Source: Protoeuglena noctilucae
Lineage: Eukaryota
Direction of reading: 5' to 3'
DNA: 64,000 nt
NCBI GenBank assembly: GCA_958009085.1
Contig: OY253668.1
Coordinates: 1,674,001 to 1,738,000 of the forward strand
Position 1 is the stretch's first letter. The number at the start of each line of letters is the position of its first letter. A program made the position numbers and the translations under genes. Shown here in pieces: positions 12,443 to 22,788 of the stretch. Below the pieces are notes generated by a model. The model saw nothing but the letters and a program-made list of their open reading frames with translations, was not told where the DNA came from and did no database searches.

Positions 12443-13074
12443 GTCGCCACGTGCAGTCCTCCTTATTGCCGAAGAGGGCCCGGTACTGCGTGAACGAGTG
12501 AGAAAGCGCTCGCGCCACCGACCGCGCCACGCGCGTCCTTGAAGACCTCGAGCAATGCGTGCCCACCTTGTCCCGAGTCAATGCGACCATGGATTCGTAG
12601 TTGCCGAGGTCAAAGTCGTTGCCGAAGTCCGTCACCATCATCGCGCGCACCGACGCCGGGCCCGTCACCGTCCCCTCCACCTCTGCGGGGAGCGTGGGCG
12701 CCCGCCGCGATCCCGTGACACCCGCAGGCGTCAGTCCGAAGCCTCCGTGCATTATGCAGCTAGCGGGAGGCCCCTCACCCACATAGTCCGTCGTAGGAGC
12801 CCGGTCGCTCTCGACGTGGACGGTGACCTGGTCGCTGGTCGTTAGGACGAATCCCTTGCCGCTAATGTCCCCCGCCTGCGCGTGCGGGAAAGTAGATACA
12901 TGTCGCGGTCGAGGAATCATTGGGGAAGGCCGGCATGGACCCGGCCGGCAGCCGCGGGGCACAGCGTGCACCCCAGCGCGTCCTCACCTTCCCAACGAGC
13001 CGGAACGTCTGGCTGATGGACATGTTCCGCAGCATCACACCCGTGACGAACGGGACGGGCTTGCTGGTGTCCAT
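12435..13074 (-). CDS. RPA3: Replication protein A 14 kDa subunit
   Basis: MDTSKPVPFVTG...FRLVGK, YVEVEGTV, DFGNDFDLGNY and K|YRALF match the plant-type RPA3 OB fold; 4 exons. Confidence 0.85.
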
Positions 13075-13294
13075 CGCGGCCGCACGCAATCCAACGGCGA
13101 GCTGGGGCCCAGCAGACGTTCTCTTCAGCGTACAGACAGCAGAGCCGGACTATCGCCTGTGATTAATGCTCCGTGAGAGTACACAGCGATATGTAGCGCT
13201 GGGTCGCGGCCGCCGCCAGCCCATAAAGCGCGCTGAGCCGTCAGGCCGCAGGGCTTTCGTACTGGCAGAGATGCATCAGAAAGATCAGCTGCTT

Positions 13295-16034
13295 TCAAGC
13301 GCCAGTTTGTCGACCGCCAGTTTCTCGTACATGGCCCGCGCCTTGGCCTGGACGGCGCTGTCGGCAGCGAAGGTGAAGGACGGTGAGGAAGACGCGAGGT
13401 CCTGGGCCGCGCGGATGAGCGCGGGCGTCTTTGGGTGCTGTGGTAAGAGCATAGGTTTTCCCAAGTTTGCCTCCAGAACGCCTCAATCATGCGAACGACC
13501 CGTGCCGCGCTTTGGCCTCTCTCGCCTCGGCTGGGGGCTCGAACTTCCTCAGGTCCACGGGGGTCCCCTGGCTCAGGCACAGGCGCGCAGGGACGACGTA
13601 CTGCCACCAGAACTCGGCAAGCACAGGCCATGCCTCGGCCCAGAAGGTCTCGTTGCGATCCACTGCAAAGGAGTGCAAGCGGGGTGCGCCGGTGCGTGAT
13701 TGCCTGCCGCCCAGCTCCACACTAGCAACCTGCCATGCTCATGCTGCCCTGCCTGCCCCGCTCACCGTGGTACACGGTGCAGCCGTTGTAGCTCCAGCAA
13801 AATAGGTGGCACCATGGGCGGTCGTAGATGTACAGCAAGCCCTGCACCTGAGGCATGTAGTAGTGTGGCGGCGCTACCCAAGGCTTGCCGCTCAAAGGCT
13901 GGCCACTGAACCAGGGGCACTTGACCTCCAAGATTCCCTGCACTCACAGCCGGGAGCAAGGAGGTCAGGACATCGCATCACCCGCACCCTCCCAGCCTAG
14001 CTGGGGTGCTGCGTGCGCGCCTGCCGCTCACCTCGCGCCCCCCCTGCAGCTCCGTCAGCCGCCCGAGTTGATCCTCCCACGCTCCCGGCAGCGTCGCCGT
14101 CCCCGGCTGCGGCGCGCCGTCCCCGCCGCCTGCCACAAGCCGACTGCTCACGACGCCCAGGACCTCGGACGCCCCCGTCGCTCCCTGCACCGACTCGGCG
14201 CCACCCCGCGGGACCAATCCGTCGGGAGAGCCCCCCACCCAGCTGTGCGCGTGGTCAGTCCCCAGGAAGCGGAACATCTCCCGCCCCACGCTCCGGCCCG
14301 TCAGCTGAGCGTACTGCTCCAAAGCTAACGGCTCCATCTGCGCCCAGGGGAGATACGAACATCAGTGTCCAGCGCCCTTCCCGCCGCGGTCACGGCGTTC
14401 ATGTGGACAGCACCCTCGGTCCGACAGCAGAGCGCGGGAGGCCTCGGGACAGCTCACCGTGCATCCCCATCGGTTGTCCTGTGACAGCTCACCGTGGATC
14501 CCCATCGCGTCGCCGCGTTGCCCGTGAAGCGCGGCGCCAGTCCTAGCTTCTCCTCCCACAGCTCGACGCGCCCCGCCTTCCTCCCAGGCGAGGCCCAGAA
14601 CCCCAGAGCGTTCGCAAAGGCCGACGCTGCAAGTAGCGATGGGGCACTTGTAGAACACGGAGCCATGTGCAGGCTCCTCGCCTCGATTATCATGGCGGGC
14701 AGCGCATGCGGTTATGAGTCTCACCCGTGAGCCTCGCGTCTCGGAGCTTGAACCAAGCCTCGGAGCCCTGCTCTCCCTCCAGAGAGACCTCGCCAGACCG
14801 CAGCTGCGCCAGGTGGTAGTCCTGGCTGGCGCGCTCGAACAGCAAGTGGTGGCGCACCGTCTGCCCCGACACCTGCCGGTTCCCGAACAGCCGCTTCCTC
14901 TCCTCCTCCTCCTCGGGTGTCAGTGGCCCATCGCCGGTCGCGGACACGTCCATCCCAGAGCTCTGCATGACATGCGACGACGGGTAAGCGTTGCGTCCCA
15001 TGCATAGCGGCAACGACCCTGTCAAAGCACACCCGTGGCGCCGACATGAGCACCCCCGCAGAAGCACGGTCCAGCCCCATTCCAGTCCCTCACCTTGCCC
15101 GGCCAGTCGCCCGTCACATCCCTCCCCGCCGCCAGACTCTGACGACGCGCCAGTCGCTCCAAGAACACCCGCTCCTCAAAGTCCAGCTTGGCGAGCGCCG
15201 CGCGGGCCGCCTCCGACATCCGCGCGCGGGCTGCCGGCGCCAGCCCCGAGTCCGCACCGTCGCTCCCGCCAGAGGGCTCTGGGTCTGCCGCCCTCGCGTT
15301 CTGCCCTCCGTGCCCTGCACCGGGCGCAGGCGCCCCCAGAGACGTGGCCGCTGCTGCGGGAAGCCCCGACGCGCCGTCCCTCACGCCGCTGCGAGCCGCG
15401 GGCGACGGTCGCCAGGCCCTGGCGCTGCCCACCCCCGCTGCTGGACGCTTCTCCTGCACGCGTGCCTGCTCCCAGTCGTCCCCGCTCAGCGCCTGGAGCT
15501 CCCGCTGACAGCTCTCGACGAGCCTCCGCCGCTCCTTGATCCCCAGGCGGGGATACGAGCGGAAATACTCCGCCAAGGCGCCCAGGCGGGCCGCGCCACC
15601 CGCAGGCTCGGCCGAGCCCGCGTCTCGCGCTGCGCCGGACTCGACGATTCGGTTGAGTGTCAGCTCCGCGTACTCCGAGAATCTCCAGCTGCGGGGGCTC
15701 GACAGCGAGGCCGTCGCTTGAACTGTTTTGTTTGGTGTGCACCCATGAATGGAGAGCCGTGGGGAGCCGCTAGCAGCCCTGCCTCGCACCTCAAAGCCTT
15801 CCCTTGAACGTTGTTGAAGTTGCCATCAATCTCCTGCGCGATCGCCTGCAGCAGGTTTTTCCGTGCGCTCGACCGCGCCTCAACCGTGCTAGCCCAGCGA
15901 CGGGAGGGCGGTGCCAGGGTCTCTCTCCATAAGTGCCGTCTTGGTGTGGGTGCCCACACCCTGCACAGCGCCGTGTGTCCCGACCTGCCACCGCCTGGGC
16001 ACGTTACGTGGCCAGAGGACAAAGCAAGAGCCAT
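13295..16034 (-). CDS. YqaJ/lambda-exonuclease-like (PD-(D/E)xK) nuclease with long N-terminal extension and possible organellar presequence
   Basis: EQGSEAWFKLRDARLT|ASAF, ATRWG, EPLALEQY, GGSPDGLV, ILEVKCP and YYMPQVQG motifs. The N-terminal exons (Arg/Ser-rich, 'RRWASTV') are inferred. Confidence 0.85.
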
Positions 16035-16436
16035 CGGCACTGCCAGCCTTCCTCTCATGCCACAACGATGTCACCCGACCCGACACATCTTCTGCCGGAC
16101 CCGGTGCGCCAATCCAGTATGTCCTTTGCTTGCTCCATTTACCCAGTCCGACTCACTGTGCCCCCTTCCCGCAAAACCTTGTGACGCAGCTCCCACAGTG
16201 CAGCACTGCGAGCGTTTGTCCCACGGCGACGTCGGGTTTCAGCCGCATCGTGTCCCAGAGTTCGCACAGCGTGTGCGAAGCACGACGGTGCGCACATTGC
16301 CCGTGCGCGACGGTGCTACGCCCCGCGCATTGCCCAAAGGAACGCGAGTGGTGGAGCCGCATTGCCGAGGGCCACTGGGCCGGAGTCCCGGGCCCGGGAC
16401 GCGAGCTCTGGGCTCCACGTAGGTCGCCGATTCTCA

Positions 16437-19400
16437 ATGGACACTGGCCTCGACCTGAGGGGCTGTTTCGCCAGAGTGCGAGCCATACAATGGCGCCAAA
16501 ATGTCCTTCTTGCGCACGAGGTGATGCCGGGGACCTCGTGGGGCGCGGGGCACTGCTTCGGGCTGTGCCCGTGGCCAAATGCGGCCCAATGCGGCCCCAA
16601 CGACGCCCACGATCATCCACACGGGCTACTGTGATGGCTTTGAGTGCACTGGGATGTCCCTGCCCGGGACTCACGCAGCGCCCGCTGCACCTACCCTACC
16701 CTTCCTCCCACCCTGCAGGCACAAGAACTCCTGTCTGCCGTGATGGGCTGCGCCGACGTTTTCCTGCGGGCAAGTGGTAGTACCAATGATAGTACCAATC
16801 TAAACGACGCTGTGTCCGAATTCTACGAGTGTAGGGGCCTGGAGACGCTCACGCCAGTCCTGGGCATCAGCGCTGCGCAGAGGGCGGTCCGGTCGCAGCT
16901 CGCGGCGGGGGACCGCACGGAGGACGGCGCTGTCCTCGGCTTGCTTGACCGTGTGGGGCAGGAGATATGTGCTGTGCTCGCCCACGTGCTCCGCAACGCC
17001 TCGCACTGCGCCTCCTTCCATGACCTCGGTGGCCTGCCGCACCTGGTCGACTACCTCAAGCGCACCGTGCACGCCGACGTCAGCAAGTCGACCGCCGGTG
17101 GGTCCCCGCGCCGGGCGGCCGACGCGCTGAGGGCGGTGCTGGCCGGCGGGAAGGACGTGCGGGCGATGGTGCTGGAGCTGGGTGCGATGGAGCCCTTGGT
17201 GCAGCTGACGGTGTCGGGCAACTTCAAGGTCGCCGCCGCGTCCCTCATGGCGCTGACGGTCGTCTTGTCGGGGATGGACGACCGCTCGCGCTCCCTCGCG
17301 ATCCAAGCCAGGGCAGGCGAGTGGGACCGGGGGGGACGGCGACAGGGGCCGCACCATGGCCGTGCTCACCCCCGGCTGCGCTCCCCTGCGTGCAGTCCCC
17401 AACCTTCTGACCCTGCTGCACTCTGCCAAGCCCAGTCTCCGTCTCGATGCCCTCCAGTGCTTCCACTACCTGCTAAGAGGCGGCAGGGAGGAGCGCAGGG
17501 CAGTGTTGGCGCACATATCCCCCGCAGCTCTCGTCCAGGTGAGAAGACGCGAGGGCGCGGGATCTCCGCGAACCCCATCGTGATGGAATGGCTCTTGCAA
17601 TTCTCGGCCCTGCCGAGCTGCCGCGCCCGCTGCCCTGCCGCTGCCCTGCAAAGGCCGCTCGCCCCGTCGTCTGCCCGTGCAGGCCACCGTCCCTCTCCTG
17701 CTGGCCGCGCAGCCCTCATGGGCCTCTCGCCTGGCGGCGTCCGTGCTGGGCCAGCTGTCGAGCGAGCCCGAGCTGTCCCGGAAGATCGCCATGCGCGGCG
17801 CCGTGCCCCTGCTGTCCAACATGCTCACCCATCAGGTCGCCATGACCCGCCGGACCGCCGCCTTCTGCCTGGGTCGGCTCGTTGCGGACCCGGACGTCAA
17901 GGGCGCGGTCGTGACGCTGGGCGCCCTGCCCCGCCTCATCAACATGCTCGACGGCGACAACAACCTCCACGCGCCGGCGTTCGTGCTGAGTCAGCTCCCC
18001 GCGAGCCCGGACCTGGCCCTGGCCGTCTCCAGGGTGGGCGTGCTCGAGCGGATGTGGGAGCTGCGGCAGGAGGGCGGGGCATCCAGGGACGCGGGGTCGT
18101 GCATCGCGCGGTGCATCGCCAGCACGGGGGCGCAGCTGTCGTCGCCGGTGAGGCAATACGCGGCGGGACCCCGCCCGACCTCCGCGCTGGCTGACGGCAT
18201 TCAAAGACACTCGCGCTTTCAACCGCCCTTGTGCAGGACGGCGTCGCGCTGGCGATGCGCTTCCTGGCCGAGAAAGTGGGGCAGCTCCGGGAAGCCGCGG
18301 CGGCGCTGGCGGCCGCCCCCGACACGCGCCCGACTGCGTTGTCCCAGGTGGCCTCGGAGACGTGGCGCGCGGAGCGGGGGTTGGCGGGCGCGCTCCTCGT
18401 CTTCACGCCGTGGGAGGGCCTGTGCCGGCAGCTGGCGTCGGGGACGAGCCTGGCGTGGGAGGTGAAAGGGCGGTCGCTACCATGCCGCGTGCCCTCGCAC
18501 TGCTGCCCGCCGTTTGCGATCCGCGCCGCCCATGCCCTACTCCTCTGCAGGCCGTGGCTGCCACCCTGCCCCTCCTGTCCCAGGCCAGCAAGCGCATGTC
18601 CTTGGGCGCATGCTTCCCAGCCGCGTCTATGCTCCATCGGCTCATCCATGTCCGCGACAAGGAGCCCTGGCCCGTGCATGACAGCCCCTGGTTCGAGCCG
18701 TCCCACGCCGGGGCGAGCGCGGTGCCCAGGCCCAGCGCCGCCCCCGCCAATGCTCCCGCCAGTGCCCCCGCCAGTGCTCCCGACAGCGCCCACGCCACCA
18801 CGCAGACAGGTGTCGAGGCCCCTTCCGAGATGACGCTGGTGATGACCGTCCCAGAGGCCTTGGCGGCTGCCGTGGACATGGTCCGGGCCCGGACGGCGAG
18901 CGAAGCGCGAGTGCTCACCGTGGAGGCGGGCGGCGCGGGCCGGGAGGGCCCGGGGGACGGCGCGAGGCCCCGGGAGGCGAGGGACTCTCCGGAGGTGGAG
19001 CGGCCACGGAAACGGGCGAGGGTCGCGGGCGCAGAGGACCAGGAGGGCGCGGGCGCGAGCCCCCGCCCGGCGCCTGGCGGGGGCGATGCGAGCGGGGGCG
19101 CGGCGGCGGTCGCGGGGTCGTCATCGCCGGACGGCGGGGCGGAGGCGCGGGGGGAGTCGGAAGGGGGCGCGGGGGAGCCGTGCGTGGACGTGTGGGTGAG
19201 CGGAACGCGCCACAGGGTGCCGCGGGAGGCGCTCGTGGGGCACTCGAGCTTCTTCCGAGCCCTGCTCGAGGGGCCGTTTGCGGAGGGCGCCGGGAACGAG
19301 GTGCGGCTGGGCGAGGGCAGCCCGGGGGACATCGCGCGGGCTCTGGCGATGCTGGGCGAGATCCACGCCGCTGGCAGGGAGGGGCGGGCGGTGGGGGACG

Positions 19401-20563
19401 CGGCGGGCGGGGTGGCGGATTGGGGCGAGATGGTCAGCTGCCTCGTCCTGGCGGACCAGTGGGACGTGGGCGGGCTCAAGGAGGTCATGGAGAGGCGACT
19501 GGCGCGATCACTGGGTGAGACGGCCCCTCGGCGCGGCAGAGTGTTGCGTTGCGGGGGTGCTGCGGGGATGTTGCGGGGGTGCTGCGGGGCCGTTGCAGAG
19601 CGCTCCGGGGGTGCCATCCGCTTCCTGCGTCGCTCCCCGCAGACACGGGCAATGTCCTGCAGACCGCGGCGGTCGCCGAGGCCCTGCGCTGCCCCGTCCT
19701 GGCCCTGGCGGTGCTTCGGTTCTCGCTGTGGAACTACGGCGCTGTCGCCGCGGCGTTCTCGGAGCAGTGCAGCCCGCGCCCGGGGTCCAATGGCAAGTCG
19801 GACGCCTCGCCGGCCACTTTGCACACGAGCGTCGATGCGGGAGAGGGCGCGGGCGGATGTCTGGGCGACGGCGCGGCTGCGGACGGGCCAGCGCAAGCAC
19901 TGCCTTCTGCGGAGGGTGGCGTGGCTGCGGATGGCGCGCCGTCGGGGTCGGAGGGGGCCCAAGAGTTGGACCGCCTGCTGCCGCGCATGGCGGCGGTGGC
20001 AGAGAGCGAGATACGGAGGCTGGCGCAGGACGCATTGGTGCGTGGCGGGCATTGGCGGGGAGGCTCTGTCGCGTCCTGGTGGGCCCTGTCAGCCTTCCGT
20101 AGTTAGTCACGAAACGAGCCTGGTGTGCCCCATCACTCCCCCGCAGGACGCGCTGGCGGAGGAGGCGCTGCGATTCCAGGCGACGGCGGGGGACAGCCAG
20201 AGGGCGCAGGGACTGATGAGCGAGGTGTCCGAGGCGATGGCGAGACTGTTCGAAAGTGCGGACTTGCGCGTCGACGGCGCGCCCGTCCAAGCCAACGAGC
20301 TCCGCGCGGTGCTTCAGGACGCGGTGACGCGAACCGTCATGCAGGCGCTGCTGCCGCGCCAGTTGCAGGGGGCGGAGCGCGGGGGGCAGGCGTTGGGCGG
20401 GGAGTCGAACGTGGTGCGTTGGCGCATGGTCTGGTCGTCCAGGGGCGTGGTGCAGACATGGCAGGGGGCGGACGGCCAAGTGGAGCCAAGCCGCGACGGT
20501 TCTGCATCCGAGGGAGAGTCGCCCGAGGGCACTCCCATGTTCGGGCAGGGAGAAGGGTCTTGA
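16437..20563 (+). CDS. Armadillo-repeat plus BTB/POZ domain protein (ARIA/ABAP1-like architecture)
   Basis: ARM-like repeats (LGGLPHLV, LGAMEPLVQL, RGAVPLL, LGALPRLI) and a BTB motif (VDVWVSG...LVGHSSFFRALLEGPFAE...LVLADQW). Exon boundaries are approximate. Confidence 0.75.
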
Positions 20564-21188
20564 GTCGTGTCACGACGATCGCCCCTTGTTGCCTGCCCGC
20601 GCATTCAGGGTGGGGCGGAGGGCTGGCACTGTGTTGAAGTGCGATTGGAAGGGCTTAGTGCAGCGAGTGAGGATTTTGTGCCAGAATCGCTCCAGTCCTC
20701 ATTGGGCCGCTTCCCGACACGATTCTTTACTTGTTCTCGGCATCTGCTGGACGACCAGTTCACCGCAGGCCCTCTAGGTGTAACCGCGTTTCGCTGGGAA
20801 GCTCGTCCCCTTGTGGCTCCTGCCTCTCCGTCCCGGCCCGGTGGGGGTCACCGAGTGTACATTACGCATGTGTGCGTACGGCGCACCGGGTGTCGTGGTG
20901 AGAGGGCTGCGCGCGCGGATTGGGGCCTCGCGTGTCGAGATGCATCCGCATGCGTCGCACTAGCGCGTTGCGGGGCGTCGGGCGGTCCCCAGCTTGTGCA
21001 TACGGGGACGATATGCACACAGCGCGCGTGTCGTGTCGCGCGATGCGGGCGACGGGCGCGGGGGGCCCCGGGCGGGTAGAGCGGGGCAGAGCACGGTAGC
21101 GGGGGACGGCCGCGCGACGTGGCGGGGGGCGTTGCCGGTGCGGAAGATGGAGAAGCGCCACGCGTTGTGTCCGCAGACGCCACCGGCC

Positions 21189-22588
21189 ATGCCATATCGA
21201 GTCTCGCTCATCTTCCTGGTCGCCGTGCTGGCAGGCAAGCGGGGGCGGGGGAAAGAAGGCGCGATTGACGCGCGTGGGGGCATGCGATGCGCGGGCGGCG
21301 TAGCTGATGGCTGGCGTATCGTTTTGCAAGCAGGTCTGGGCGCACAGGCGGTGCAGGCGAAGGTGCACCAGCAGCCTGATGTCGTCCAGAAGGCGTCCAA
21401 GCCTGGGAACGCGTCTGAGCTGTGGGACGACTCGGCTGCAAACAACTTCATCGGCGTCGCAGTCAGCGAGCGTGTGAATACCCTGGCGGCCTCTGGAGAC
21501 GAGCGCCTGCTCGCCATGTCGACCGTTACATTCCTCCCGCACCCCGGGGGTACAGCTAAGAGTGATGCGTGGTTTCTGGTGACGCCGGATGAAGGCGTGG
21601 CCTTTGGTCTGGCGGACGCGGGAGGGGGGACGTCGGATGCGTACGCCAAGGAGCTCATGCAGCAGTCGGAGGTCTTGTCTAGCAAGCACATGTGCTGGGA
21701 GAGCATGTCGACGCAAGAGCTGCTGAGGGAAGCCCATGCCCAGACCAAGACCAAGGGCAGCTCGACGGCGACCATGGGCATGATTTGCGGGAACCGGCTC
21801 CAGATCGCTGCGCTGGGGGACGCGGGGGTTGTGGTGGTGCGGGACGGAAAGGTGGTCCTCGTCACCGCCTCGCAACAGCACGGGTTCCAGCAGCCTCTTC
21901 AGGTGAGTAGTTGCGTAGAATTTGCCGTCTGCCCCAGTCGGACCCACAGATTGATGCATGCATGTGAATTCCGTTGCAAAAAGCGAGGCACACTTTGATA
22001 ATCCTGACATAACCAGGGGCTGACTCTCTTTGGTTGCAGCTTGGAAAGCCCGACAATGGTGTCGATGCAGACGATGCGCTCTTCTACGACTTGACCGTCC
22101 AGCGAGGGGATCTCGTGGTGGCGGCCACAGACGGCCTTTGGGACAACATGTTCGAGCACGAGGTGTTGGCTTTCGTGGCAGAGGCTCAGAAGAGCAGGAA
22201 AGGCCCCCGTGCTCTGGCGAAGATGCTAGCCGTACTGGCGCAGCGGCGCGGGGCGGATGGGTCGGTCACGACGCCCGTGGCAGTGGATGCCAAGGCGGCG
22301 GGCCGGGAGTGGAAGGGCGGGAGGCGGGATGACATCACAGTTATGGCCATATACGTGGTTGGTGGGCAAGATGTGCGGGATGGGGTTTACGTGGACTACT
22401 GCGATGCCCAGAGGAACATATGCGGTTCGATGGGGACGTGCGTGCGATTGTCGACTGGTTACAGCTGCCAGTGCACAGAGGGGTACGGGGTGAAGACCGT
22501 GGGCGGCCAACAGACGTGCGTGGACATTGACGAGTGCGCAGACGGGCAGCACTGTGTCGGGGGGTGGTGTGAGAACACCATCGGGAGA
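21189..22588 (+). CDS. PTC7-like PP2C phosphatase with N-terminal signal peptide and C-terminal EGF-like repeats; truncated by the gap
   Basis: MPYRVSLIFLVAVLAG|LGAQAVQA signal peptide; SDAWF, LADAGGG, GSSTA, LGDAG, QQHGF, ATDGLWDN and GGRRDDIT PP2C motifs; followed by CDAQRNICGSMGTC...YSCQC..GY...CVDIDEC EGF/cbEGF repeats. Confidence 0.82.
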
Positions 22589-22788
22589 NNNNNNNNNNNN
22601 NNNNNNNNNNNNNNNNNNNNNNNNNNNNNNNNNNNNNNNNNNNNNNNNNNNNNNNNNNNNNNNNNNNNNNNNNNNNNNNNNNNNNNNNNNNNNNNNNNNN
22701 NNNNNNNNNNNNNNNNNNNNNNNNNNNNNNNNNNNNNNNNNNNNNNNNNNNNNNNNNNNNNNNNNNNNNNNNNNNNNNNNNNNNNNNN
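22589..22788. other. Assembly gap (200 N)
   Basis: A run of N. It truncates the 3' ends of both convergent flanking genes. Confidence 0.99.

Noticed and set aside
13295..14800. YqaJ as evidence of a prophage or endogenous virus
   Set aside because: It is intron-rich, sits among housekeeping genes, has no viral neighbours, and plant-type homologues of this family are known.
18403..20052. 549-aa minus-strand ORF
   Set aside because: It is an antisense shadow of the ARM-BTB gene.
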